Shown in pieces: positions 28,700 to 38,059 of a stretch of 59,364 nt of DNA. The DNA is from Litorivivens sp. Its GTDB lineage: Bacteria > Pseudomonadota > Gammaproteobacteria > Pseudomonadales > Spongiibacteraceae. Each line of letters begins with the position of its first letter. Positions within the stretch are counted from its first letter, which is position 1. The position numbers and the translations under genes are program-made. The stretch covers positions 1 to 59,364 of the forward strand of contig JBFKDP010000001.1 in assembly GCA_041619575.1 (NCBI GenBank). Direction: 5' to 3'. Below the pieces are notes generated by a model. The model made no database searches and was not told where the DNA came from. It was given only the letters and a program-made list of their open reading frames with translations.

Positions 28700-29422
28700 T
28701 TAATAAGGTGCGCCGATGGCTTTCAAATGGGGATCATTGGCCGGGTCGGCCGAAACATAGCCCCCACCATGCGACAGCCCAAATACAAAGGGGTGGCGTG
28801 TCGCCGCAGGTGTCGCTTCTTTGCTCCAGGGGGCAGGCATGCGCATGGCAATACTGCACAGGGTCAGCGCCACAACCTGAGAGATAACAAAGCCCCAATA
28901 CGCGTCGAAATACGCGAAATACACTAGCGACAGGGTGATATTGGGAATATGCGTACAAGGCACTTTTACCTTGGTGGTCCAGGGCGTGTCGTGCTCCGGA
29001 GAAACGTAAATGTCCCACACCAGATCCTGCCACAGCACCTGCCATAGTGAGATCAATGTATAGGCCAGCAGGAAGACGCCCCACATCGGCCAGCCGTGCC
29101 CCAGATTCAGGGCCAGATGCCAAAATCCGAGAAAGCTCAGCGCATAGGCAACACCCCAACTCAAGCCAAACACCAGCTGCGGAATCACATCCAGCTTGCG
29201 GTTAAAGCGGAGTGTCCAGCGCGACCAGAGCACACCGTAGGCAAAGGCGACAAACAGCAGCAGCGCAGCGCTTGAGATCAGCCAGGGCAAACCGCCGGCA
29301 GCAGGCACAGCAGAACTATTGAGCAGCGCAGCCAACGCACCGGTCACATGGGCGAACAGGGCGCATGCGGCAAAGTAGAGATAGGCTCGAAGCCAGGCGG
29401 CGGCGGGAGAAAAGAGGGGCAT
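28700..29422 (-). CDS. Hypothetical membrane protein
   Basis: Multiple TM segments; polar motifs VSPEHD and THIPN. Confidence 0.65.
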   Translation of the reverse strand: MPLFSPAAAWLRAYLYFAACALFAHVTGALAALLNSSAVPAAGGLPWLISSAALLLFVAFAYGVLWSRWTLRFNRKLDVIPQLVFGLSWGVAYALSFLGFWHLALNLGHGWPMWGVFLLAYTLISLWQVLWQDLVWDIYVSPEHDTPWTTKVKVPCTHIPNITLSLVYFAYFDAYWGFVISQVVALTLCSIAMRMPAPWSKEATPAATRHPFVFGLSHGGGYVSADPANDPHLKAIGAPY

Positions 29423-29434
29423 TACGCAAAGTGC

Positions 29435-29514
29435 CCCTCACCTTGCTCTCGTCCTAAAGGAAAAGAGCGAACGTTGGCACCGCCTCTCCCGCGGGAGAGG
29501 ATTGACGGGAGGGG
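29435..29514. repeat. Degenerate REP-like palindrome
   Basis: CCCCTCACC ... CCTCTCCCGCGGGAGAGG ... GGGAGGGG. Confidence 0.55.
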
Positions 29515-29525
29515 CTGTTCTTGCA

Positions 29526-30677
29526 TCAGGAGACGGCTTCCTGCTCACCCACAGCCAGACTGGCCACCGGAGCTACCCTGGGAATCTCATCCAGCACCCA
29601 TTTCAGGTCCGGTCGCTCGCGGCGAATCGGCGAGGGAATCGCAAACACCTTGCGCCCTTCGTACTGCTTCACCGTGTAAGAATCGATCTGGTTTCCCTTT
29701 TCGATCAGTTTACGGCGCGACTGGCGGAACGAGCTCATAAACTTGTCGTCGGCAACCGACAACTCGTTGGCCAGATTTTCCGGCAGGTAGTTCGGCGAGG
29801 CGCGCTCTATCACTTCGGCGTCTTCACGGAAGACTTTGCGCAGACGCTTGCGCGAGCCCGCATCAAACAGTTTGATCTTGAAGAACGTTCGCAGCTGCGT
29901 GGCAAAGGTTCGGGTAGTGTGTTCATCGACCGGCGTATTGCAATCGAACATCAGTATGCTCATCCACTTATTCAGATTGATCTGAATGCGCACCACATAG
30001 CCAGACAGGTGGTAGCCGGGGATGGTTTCAGTGGGCTGGCGATCTTTGCGGATAAAACGGCGGATACCCATATCGCCCTTCAACTGGGGCGGGTACTGAA
30101 TATTCCAGGACATCCCATTCAGTTCGTCTTTTTCCACTTTAACAATCTTGTTTTCGCCAGCGGTATCAGGAGTACCAAATACCGGGTGAACAAAGGACGC
30201 GTGGGCCAGATCAATACCGTTTTCTATTACACGGGCCGCTTCGGCCTTCCACACCCACTCATCGGTAATGGCTCGCCAGTTTGGATCATCGTATTCAGGA
30301 AAGGGGGGAATCGACGGGCGCTCTTCTTCGGGTAAATCACCGAGGAAGACCCAGATCATGCCGTAACGTTCTTCAGTGGGATAGGCATCAACACGCGCCC
30401 GGTCCGGAATACGAAAATCGCGGCCTTCAGACGGAATAAACTGCACCTTGCCGTCGCCGTCGAACTGCCAGCCGTGGTAGGGGCAGGCGACATTGCCGTC
30501 AATACACTTGCCGCCAGAAAGGGAGCCGCCACGGTGAATACAGACATCACTCAGGCAATTGGCTTTACCTTCTGAATCGCGGAACAGGACGAAATTCTGC
30601 CCCAACATCTTCACCTTGACCGGCTTGTCCTTAAGAGTTTCTGACCACTCAGCCACGTACCAGAGATTGATTAACAC
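29526..30677 (-). CDS. Rieske non-heme iron oxygenase (PAO/CAO/VanA-type alpha subunit)
   Basis: CIH-x16-CPYH Rieske motif; ENGIDLAHASFVH iron site; ED motif; GTG start after GGAGG. Confidence 0.92.
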   Translation of the reverse strand: MLINLWYVAEWSETLKDKPVKVKMLGQNFVLFRDSEGKANCLSDVCIHRGGSLSGGKCIDGNVACPYHGWQFDGDGKVQFIPSEGRDFRIPDRARVDAYPTEERYGMIWVFLGDLPEEERPSIPPFPEYDDPNWRAITDEWVWKAEAARVIENGIDLAHASFVHPVFGTPDTAGENKIVKVEKDELNGMSWNIQYPPQLKGDMGIRRFIRKDRQPTETIPGYHLSGYVVRIQINLNKWMSILMFDCNTPVDEHTTRTFATQLRTFFKIKLFDAGSRKRLRKVFREDAEVIERASPNYLPENLANELSVADDKFMSSFRQSRRKLIEKGNQIDSYTVKQYEGRKVFAIPSPIRRERPDLKWVLDEIPRVAPVASLAVGEQEAVS

Positions 30678-30752
30678 TGCCTTTCCTCCACATTGTTCGA
30701 GGGCCAGAAGCGCGATCAGGTGCTTCTGTGCCAAGGTTATTTATACTAATAG

Positions 30753-30923
30753 CATATCTTTATATCTTTTTAAATGAAATTCGGCTGATTTGGAGCGCAG
30801 AGCGATGAAATATTATCCATCTGCGCCGGCAAAACGTGTCCACTACCCCTACTATAGTGGCTACAGCAAAAAAAGCGGATTGCACCACGCCATCACAATA
30901 TGTATTATTCATATAACATTATA
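30753..30923. promoter_or_regulatory. Divergent promoter with two motif copies (ATATCTTTATATCTTT; ATATAACATTATA)
   Basis: 30911-30923 is identical to 40808-40820. Confidence 0.55.
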
Positions 30924-30948
30924 CCCAATACAACACAGGCACTCAGCC

Positions 30949-31746
30949 ATGGCACATATCACAAAATCCATTGATGAACTGGTTGCTGAACAGGGCGGCG
31001 TCGATCGTCAGGACACTTTCGAACAACTCTGGGCCATTACGACCGAACTGTTTGACAAGGTTAAAGCCCGTTTCGATCTGGCCCAAGACGCCTGCTCCGT
31101 AGGCGACTACAGCGGTAAGGGCGGCGCTCAGGGCTTCCTTTCAGCCTGGGCGGGCCCGGAGATTGACTGGCTGATCTACAGCTGGACCGGCAACCCCAAG
31201 GCCAGCTTTACCAATATGCACCTCACGATCAATCTCGGCGCCCAGTACGATGTTCCCCACTTCGGCTTTGCACTGGGCACCACTCCCGATCTGTTCTTCT
31301 ATCAGGACTATATGCCGCGTAAGGATTTGTGGACCCACCACGATTACGCTGAAAAGTACTACGGCGGCGAGGTGAATGACACTTATATCGAGTGGGAACG
31401 CAGCGAGCGCTTCAAGCACTTTATCAGCCGTCATATGTATACCCGTGTAGCGCAGTCGCCCTGCTCCCTGGCCTACGGCGGCCCGGTCTGCGCTGAAGGG
31501 ATCGACGACCTGAGAAAAGTGGCTCACGCCCAGCTGGACCGCTGGATCGCCTGGGTTGATGCCGCCGAATTGCAACCGGAAAGCACCCGTGCCGCTCAAG
31601 CTGAGCGCGACCTGCTGATTCGACGCACCATCACTGAAGGGGATCCGGCCAATATCGTGGTGGAAAACCTGTTTGGCAAAGAGCTGTGCGATCAGCTCGT
31701 GGCATCCCTCTGGGGCCGCGACCGTACCTTGCCCCGGCCTGAGTAA
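30949..31746 (+). CDS. RCCR / ferredoxin-dependent bilin reductase-like protein (copy B)
   Basis: IDWLIYSW, DVPHF, DYMPRKDL..DYAEKYY, QSP, LDRW, ERD..DP..LFG resemble plant RCCR motifs as recalled. Confidence 0.75.
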   Translation: MAHITKSIDELVAEQGGVDRQDTFEQLWAITTELFDKVKARFDLAQDACSVGDYSGKGGAQGFLSAWAGPEIDWLIYSWTGNPKASFTNMHLTINLGAQYDVPHFGFALGTTPDLFFYQDYMPRKDLWTHHDYAEKYYGGEVNDTYIEWERSERFKHFISRHMYTRVAQSPCSLAYGGPVCAEGIDDLRKVAHAQLDRWIAWVDAAELQPESTRAAQAERDLLIRRTITEGDPANIVVENLFGKELCDQLVASLWGRDRTLPRPE

Positions 31747-31771
31747 GCCCCCCAATCGCAGGGAATACATA

Positions 31772-32749
31772 ATGACCGACGTTCGCGCTTTCTTTACCGC
31801 CGCCACCGTGCCGGGTGAACCTGAACCCTGGAACACCTTGCAGCTCAAGGTGTACTACCCCAGCGCCTTCGGGGACAGTGCGGACGAGCGCAACATGGGC
31901 TTTATTCCCGCAGCCAGACCGGACCAGCCCTACCCGGTCGTCATCTTTATGCCTGGCTCCAACTGCCACCCGGAAGTGTATGGCTGGCTGGCAAAAGGTC
32001 TGTGTGAGCTCGGCCTTGTCTGCATCACCTTCAGCTGGATCAAGGAAGATATGCCCGGCTTTGTCTCACTAAGTCCGGGCTTTAATCTGCGCTATTTAAC
32101 CCCCGACAGTTTTGGCAAGGCGCCGTCCTGTTCTTCTCTTCCGACACTGCTGCAGGCGGTGGAAAACCTGAACACCAATGGCTTACTCGCCGGCTTGCTG
32201 GATACCAACAAGGTAATATTGGGCGGCCATTCGGCCGGCGGCAATGCCGTACTGCTCAACAGCAACCGCGAATGGTTCCCGCAAGTGATTGGCGGATTCT
32301 CGTATGCAGCGCATACCGGAGCCTCGACCCAGATCGGGTTTCCGGAAGACACGCTGCTGCCAGTTTCTGGAAACGTGCCCATGTTGATTATGGGCGGTGA
32401 GAGAGACGGCGTTATAGCCGCCAGCGCCAACCGCTACGGCGACAGCGAAGACAGCACACCGACCGAGCGCATCGGCAGAACCTTTGATGAAGCGCTGGAG
32501 AGCGAGCGCAGCGACTGCCACTTGCTACTGATCGAAGGCGCCAATCATTTCTGCTTTGCCCATCCCTACGATGGCAGCACCGGACGCCCCTTTCTGGACT
32601 GGCCCGCACAGGGCAACGAGGACGAACTGCGGGGACTGATGCTCGACGCTATCAAAATTTTTATCGGGGCCTGTGTGGGCCAGGGCGAACACAGCGCCCT
32701 GAATACGCTGGCCGATCACCCACACGTTTCGCGCTACGCGTGCAAATAA
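31772..32749 (+). CDS. Chlorophyllase-like alpha/beta hydrolase
   Basis: YPVVIFMPG, DTNKVILGGHSAGG, later Asp (RDG) and His (GANHF). Confidence 0.65.
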   Translation: MTDVRAFFTAATVPGEPEPWNTLQLKVYYPSAFGDSADERNMGFIPAARPDQPYPVVIFMPGSNCHPEVYGWLAKGLCELGLVCITFSWIKEDMPGFVSLSPGFNLRYLTPDSFGKAPSCSSLPTLLQAVENLNTNGLLAGLLDTNKVILGGHSAGGNAVLLNSNREWFPQVIGGFSYAAHTGASTQIGFPEDTLLPVSGNVPMLIMGGERDGVIAASANRYGDSEDSTPTERIGRTFDEALESERSDCHLLLIEGANHFCFAHPYDGSTGRPFLDWPAQGNEDELRGLMLDAIKIFIGACVGQGEHSALNTLADHPHVSRYACK

Positions 32750-32767
32750 CCTGAACAGGAAAACTCC

Positions 32768-33736
32768 ATGAGCGACAAGCAACCCAGCAAATTCCAGAAA
32801 AACATTGCCGGCGACTGGCATGGCTACCCGTCCATCTTCACGCCGGAAGGCACCCATGTCGGCTACAACAAGGTGACCCGCGCCAGCGAATTCAAGGACG
32901 GTCGCACCACCTACTGGATGGATGTCGCGCTGGATGCCGCCGGCGAGCTGGCCAACCGCTTTGAAACCGGCCGCTTTGAATTTGGTGTTATCGACTCAGA
33001 CAAAGACCGTATCTACACCGGCCCGGACTTTATCGGCTCTGGTCGCCCCTTCGGCCCCTTTGTCGACTCAAATTATTTTTCACCGGGCTGGAACGTCAAC
33101 CTGCGCACCATCAACCATGTGCTGGATGATCGCGGCATTCAGGTGTACTCCTCGCAGATGTTTGAAGGAGACACCATGATTGCGGCCTTTAACGGCCTGT
33201 ACATTCGCACCTTCGACCACGACACCAACCCAGAGACCCAGAAGCTGGTTGCCGACTTTCTTGAAAACGAGAAAAAAGTCGGCAAGAAGACCTTCTACTT
33301 GCCGCAGAAACACTCCGGCACCTGGACTGGCGAAATGGATGTATACAACACGGATCAGGAAAAGGTTGGTGTTAACAAGGTTACTATCGACTATATGCCG
33401 ATCAACCTGAACCGCGCCACCATGACCGTAAAAATCGAAGGCGTGATCAATCGTGAGTTCAGTTTTGAGCGCACCCGCAACGGCAACCACCATCAGTTCC
33501 ATGGTCCTGACGTATTCGGTAACGCCATCGGGTATGGCCGCTACCACTACGCCCTGCACCACTTTATGGGCGAAGCTTTCAAGTTCACTACCCGCGACGT
33601 GATGCTGGACGACAAGTACAGCCTCTGCTCCATGTGGCAGTTCCATGAATCACATCATGAGAAATACATGACGTTCGGCGTGCTGGATTGGGAAGAGAAA
33701 GACTTCGTCCTGAAGCCCAATTACATTGAAGGTTAA
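32768..33736 (+). CDS. Hypothetical protein with tandem beta-barrel (calycin-like) repeat
   Basis: Internal duplication GDWHG..GYNKVT..YTGPDFIG.G versus GTWTG..GVNKVT..FHGPDVFG. Confidence 0.7.
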   Translation: MSDKQPSKFQKNIAGDWHGYPSIFTPEGTHVGYNKVTRASEFKDGRTTYWMDVALDAAGELANRFETGRFEFGVIDSDKDRIYTGPDFIGSGRPFGPFVDSNYFSPGWNVNLRTINHVLDDRGIQVYSSQMFEGDTMIAAFNGLYIRTFDHDTNPETQKLVADFLENEKKVGKKTFYLPQKHSGTWTGEMDVYNTDQEKVGVNKVTIDYMPINLNRATMTVKIEGVINREFSFERTRNGNHHQFHGPDVFGNAIGYGRYHYALHHFMGEAFKFTTRDVMLDDKYSLCSMWQFHESHHEKYMTFGVLDWEEKDFVLKPNYIEG

Positions 33737-33760
33737 GTAGCTAGACTTCTTCCTGTGTTT

Positions 33761-33785
33761 GCCCCCGCTCTGCGGGGGCTTTTTT
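33761..33785 (+). terminator. Rho-independent terminator
   Basis: GCCCCCGC/GCGGGGGC stem plus T6. Confidence 0.8.
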
Positions 33786-33806
33786 GCAGAGAAGATTTAA
33801 TAGGAC

Positions 33807-34265
33807 TCAGGGGCCATCGCGAGGGTCGATATTCTCGTAGCTGAGGTAATCGTTCTTCATCGCTTTTATCTTCCACTCACCGTCAATCTTCTCGTAACGC
33901 TCAAAGTACTGAACATTGATACGGCTACCCACTTTTTCGCTGTGCCTGAGCATGACCACTTGCACCAACCAGCGGCCATCCGCTGTGGTCTCCGAGGTAA
34001 GGTCGACAATGCCGTTAGCGCCACGGGGCATCTGCAAGGCGAGATCCTCGCTCAGCAGGATCATGTCAAAAAATTCCTTGATCTTGTCCGTGCCACTCAG
34101 CTCGATTCCCATGCCATATTCCAGAAAGGCATCTGGGGTAAAGCATTTCACCAGCGCATCGACATTCTTGTCCAGAATGGCAAACCAGTAGCGGTAGCGC
34201 AGTTTCTGAATATCGCTTTCGGCTTCCAGCCGTGCGATGCGGCTTTCGAGTGTTGCCTCGCTCAT
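33807..34265 (-). CDS. SnoaL/NTF2-like protein
   Basis: RIARLEAESDIQKLRYRY...YEKIDGEWKI pattern. Confidence 0.8.
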   Translation of the reverse strand: MSEATLESRIARLEAESDIQKLRYRYWFAILDKNVDALVKCFTPDAFLEYGMGIELSGTDKIKEFFDMILLSEDLALQMPRGANGIVDLTSETTADGRWLVQVVMLRHSEKVGSRINVQYFERYEKIDGEWKIKAMKNDYLSYENIDPRDGP

Positions 34266-34507
34266 TTTTTATTCTCCAGAGTAAGTCCAGCGCGGTTTAG
34301 GCCCGGCCACAGTGCTTGTACTTTGAGACTGATACTACCACAATACATTTTCATTGAAATGTTTTAGTCTGCATGGGCGGCACCTTATCATACGGGTACG
34401 GCTATGCCATATTGACACTCCGCAACCTTGACCATCCGGTTGCCCAAATAATGACAACGCTTCCGGGTTAGCCTGAAGCGAGAAACACCCTTCAGGTAGC
34501 AACTACA

Positions 34508-36562
34508 ATGAAACTGCTCGAGCCTACCCGCATCGGAACCATGCAATTGAAAAACCGCATGGTCATGGCGCCGATGACGACCAATTACGGCAATGAGGAT
34601 CAGACCCCGTCGGATAGACTCATCGCCTTTCTGGAAGAGCGCGCCAAAGGCGGCGTGGGGCTCATTACCGTCGAAGTCTGTACGATCGACGTCAAACAGA
34701 AATACCAGCCCCAATCGCTTACCCTCGGCAGCGACGAGTTTATCGCCTCACACCGCAAACTGACCGATGTGTTGCACCAATACGACGTGAAAGTGCAACC
34801 CCAGATCACCCACCCCGGGCCGGAATCGATGAGCGGTTTTTACTTTGGCGAGATGCCCGTCGCTCCCAGCGCAACAACCGGGGCCTGCACTGGGCTACCC
34901 GCGCGCGAACTGGCCGTCGACGAACTCGACGCCATCATTGAGGCCTATGCACAGACGGCGCGCCGCGCGAGGGAAGCCGGTTACGATGGAATCGAGCTTC
35001 ACGCCGCCCACTGTTACATGCTGCTCGGCACTTTTTTGTCCCCCCTGAAAAACAAACGGATGGACGAGTACGGCGCAGATAGCCCGGAGAACCGTACCCG
35101 GCTGCTGGTCCGAGTACTGCGCCGGATCAAAGAAGTCGCCGGTTCGGATTTCCCTATCACCCTGCGCATCTCGGGTTTCGAACGTATTCCCGGCGGTCGC
35201 GATGCCGCCGACACTGCCGCTATTGCCCCGCTGTTGGTAGACGCCGGTGTTGATGCCTTTCACGTCAGCGGCGGTGTCAGTGACCCGATGGTGTCGCAGA
35301 TGATCTGCGGGCCGGAGTACCCCGACGGCTATAACCTTCCGGCGGCCGAAGCCATCAAACGTGTGGTCGACGTTCCGGTCATGGTCGTCGGACGATTTCT
35401 CGACCCGGAATTTGCGGAACAGGCGTTGCACGATGAGCGGGCCGACTTGATTGTAATGGGGCGCCCCTTGCTGGCCGACCCCCATCTACCCAACAAGGTT
35501 GCCGCAGGCCAATTCGACCAGATCCGGCGCTGCATATCCTGTCAGAACTGCATTGACTCCATGTTTCTGTGGCCGATGGACGCGCGCATGAACTGCGCGG
35601 TCAACCCTGCCACAGGTCGAGAGCAAGCACTCAACTATTCCCCTGCTGCGATAAAAAAGCATGTGGTTATTGTCGGGGCCGGGCCGGGAGGTATGGAAGC
35701 TGCGCGCGTTGCAGCAGAGCGAGGTCACCGGGTGACCCTGCTGGATCGACGGCGAAGACTCGGTGGTTCACTGCTGCTGGCCTCGACCGTACACCGTGAT
35801 AACGAGCGACTGCTGGACTACCTTAAGCGGGAAATGCGGCGCCTGCCTATTGAATTGCAGCTCGGAATCAATGCGACTCCGGAGCGAATCGCAGCCCTTG
35901 CTCCCGATGAAGTGATCGTCGCAACAGGTGCGCGACTGCACTACACCCCCATACCCGGGATGGATAGAGCCAATGTCATCACCGGCAGCCAATTGCGGGA
36001 GCTGGTGGCTGGTGAACTTTCTCTCCCGGCAAAGGCACTCCCGCTGCTGGTTCGCGCCGGTGTTCGCCTAGTGGGTCCACTGATCGACCGCTACCTGACA
36101 CCGGATCGCCTGCGCCGCGCAGCGGACACCTACCTTCCTTTCGGTCGACGCGTAGCCATTATCGGCGGTGATCTGGCCGCCATTGAAGTCGCTGAGTTTC
36201 TGGCCAGGCGCGGCAGCGACGTTATGGTACTGGAAGCGGGTGAGGTCATTGCCCCTGAAATTGGCCCCAAGCGACGTCTGGAACACGAAAAACGCATGGA
36301 AAAACTGCGGATTTCTATTAACGTCAGAGCAAAGGTGAGCGAGATTACTGAGCGCGGAGTCGTGCTTGCTCTGGATGGCGGAGGCAAACGTGAGGTACCG
36401 GCGGATACGATTTTGATCGCCGGCAAGCCGGTGGCAAGTACATCTCTATACGATGAACTGCGCGCGGCGGGAATAGAGTGTCATTTGGTTGGTGATGCGT
36501 CAGGCCTTGGCTTGATCGTCAAGGCGACCTATGAGGGGCACAGCATCGCCACCAAACTGTAA
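34508..36562 (+). CDS. NADH:flavin oxidoreductase (OYE, 2,4-dienoyl-CoA reductase/BaiCD-like, FMN+FeS+FAD)
   Basis: KNRMVMAPM, ELHAAHCY, CISCQNC..C, VGAGPGG. Confidence 0.92.
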   Translation: MKLLEPTRIGTMQLKNRMVMAPMTTNYGNEDQTPSDRLIAFLEERAKGGVGLITVEVCTIDVKQKYQPQSLTLGSDEFIASHRKLTDVLHQYDVKVQPQITHPGPESMSGFYFGEMPVAPSATTGACTGLPARELAVDELDAIIEAYAQTARRAREAGYDGIELHAAHCYMLLGTFLSPLKNKRMDEYGADSPENRTRLLVRVLRRIKEVAGSDFPITLRISGFERIPGGRDAADTAAIAPLLVDAGVDAFHVSGGVSDPMVSQMICGPEYPDGYNLPAAEAIKRVVDVPVMVVGRFLDPEFAEQALHDERADLIVMGRPLLADPHLPNKVAAGQFDQIRRCISCQNCIDSMFLWPMDARMNCAVNPATGREQALNYSPAAIKKHVVIVGAGPGGMEAARVAAERGHRVTLLDRRRRLGGSLLLASTVHRDNERLLDYLKREMRRLPIELQLGINATPERIAALAPDEVIVATGARLHYTPIPGMDRANVITGSQLRELVAGELSLPAKALPLLVRAGVRLVGPLIDRYLTPDRLRRAADTYLPFGRRVAIIGGDLAAIEVAEFLARRGSDVMVLEAGEVIAPEIGPKRRLEHEKRMEKLRISINVRAKVSEITERGVVLALDGGGKREVPADTILIAGKPVASTSLYDELRAAGIECHLVGDASGLGLIVKATYEGHSIATKL

Positions 36563-36592
36563 GCTGCGCCCCCTGGGCTTATATGAGCTGCC

Positions 36593-36889
36593 TTACTTGC
36601 GCTGCGCCACAAGATCGCGCTGGCTCTTCTCGCAAGCGGCTTTCGCGGCATCAATCTTGTCACGAAAGCACTGACCTTCCGCGCACCACTGCCTCACACC
36701 CTCCACCGAGCTGATAAGAGGTTCAGTGCGGTTGCTGCAGTGCACCGCGTAAACCGTCAGGCGATCGCCTTCTGAGGTTACATCGTAGCCCCGGAGCTGA
36801 AGGGCCTCAGGGCGAACACCCGCCTGCAAAACCGTTGCAAACAGTGTAAAGGCCAGAGCAATGACTGCGTTCTTTGTTGTAAATTTCAT
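36593..36889 (-). CDS. Small secreted protein with 4 Cys
   Basis: GGAGGAG RBS, signal peptide MKFTTKNAVIALAFTLFATVLQA. Confidence 0.7.
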   Translation of the reverse strand: MKFTTKNAVIALAFTLFATVLQAGVRPEALQLRGYDVTSEGDRLTVYAVHCSNRTEPLISSVEGVRQWCAEGQCFRDKIDAAKAACEKSQRDLVAQRK

Positions 36890-37086
36890 GTGGGCTCCTC
36901 CCAAGCTGTTGCCGGGGTATACGCGGCCGGGGCCCGACTGGTTCACCACAGTTGATTATTTCAATAAATAGCCTTTTGGCTATCTATTTTATAATCAAAA
37001 TATCTTATTAATTATCATTAGACCGCTCTATAGTTCTACCCCATAGTCGATACCCTTAGTAGAAACACTGCCTTTGAGGAAGAACC

Positions 37087-37983
37087 ATGCGTCCACACGT
37101 TGAATTGATTGATGAAAAAGATCTGATCTGGCACCCGGCTGAACTGGTTGGTGCCACCGGTGACGCCCGCCAGCGCAACCTGTCCTACGACGAGGAAGAC
37201 GGGTCAGTCTCAGCCAAGATCGAATTCACCAGCGACTGGTCGCGCCCGGCCGGCGTTCATAACGCCCAGACCGAGTGGTATGTGCTTGAGGGAGAAGTCA
37301 CCATTGGTGATGAAGTGCTGGGTGAAGGCGGCTACTGGTGCACCCCAGCCGGCGTGGTTGCCCCGGCCCTCAAAGTGAAAAAAGGCACCGAAATTCTGTA
37401 TTTCCGCGAGTATGGCGACTGGCAGTTTGAAGCCACCGACCAAGACCGCGACACGGTGCGCGAAGACCAGAAGCTGGTAATCAAACACAGCGCCGACATG
37501 GACTGGATCGATGTCGTTGACGGCAGCCCCATGCGCTTTGATCTGGGCGGCACCCCGGTGCCCGGCCTGTATATCAAAATGCTGTTTCGCGACGAGAAAA
37601 CCGGCTTCTACACCCGCCTGATCAAGGCCAAGCCGAACTGGCGCGAGCATCCGCTGGCTCACCACCCCTGCTATGAAGAGGCCTATTGCCTGGAAGGCAG
37701 CTTCCACTACAACTACGGAGAAATGTGGCCCGGCACCTACTTCTTCCGCCCTGCACTGGTACGACACGGTGACTTTACTGCTGGCGAAGAAGGCACTGTA
37801 TGGCTGCTGCGTTGCGATGGTGACCTGGTGGACTGGTATACCGACAACGCCCGCGTAGAAATGAAAGGCGACCCGGTAAACTGGGGCCCGGATTCCGAGC
37901 ACCCGGATGCCGCCGAACCCGCCTTGCTGCAGCCGGTTCGGTCGCGCTCCATTGGCGCAATGGAAGATCCGGGTTACCAGTAA
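37087..37983 (+). CDS. Bicupin (ChrR/DUF4437-like) protein
   Basis: Two cupin motifs: HNAQTEWYVLEG and HHPCYEEAYCLEG..RPALVRHG. Confidence 0.75.
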   Translation: MRPHVELIDEKDLIWHPAELVGATGDARQRNLSYDEEDGSVSAKIEFTSDWSRPAGVHNAQTEWYVLEGEVTIGDEVLGEGGYWCTPAGVVAPALKVKKGTEILYFREYGDWQFEATDQDRDTVREDQKLVIKHSADMDWIDVVDGSPMRFDLGGTPVPGLYIKMLFRDEKTGFYTRLIKAKPNWREHPLAHHPCYEEAYCLEGSFHYNYGEMWPGTYFFRPALVRHGDFTAGEEGTVWLLRCDGDLVDWYTDNARVEMKGDPVNWGPDSEHPDAAEPALLQPVRSRSIGAMEDPGYQ

Positions 37984-38059
37984 ACGCTTCAGGCGCGTAA
38001 GCGGCTGACCGAGCCGGTCCTAAACCACCTCTTTCCCACCGGGAAAGGGGTGGCGCAAA

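Noticed and set aside
30678-30948. N-terminal extensions of the Rieske (to 30734) and RCCR-like (from 30790) ORFs
   Set aside because: Better starts exist at 30677 and 30949; the region is AT-rich promoter DNA containing the operator motif.
34508-36562. Bilirubin reductase BilR orthologue
   Set aside because: Lacks the HGDR motif; has HAAHCY.
29526-36562. Steroid/bile-acid degradation cluster (KshA-, BaiE-, BaiCD-like genes)
   Set aside because: No KstD, HsaABCD or beta-oxidation thiolases, and many C-N hydrolases imply a nitrogenous substrate; kept only as a weaker alternative.
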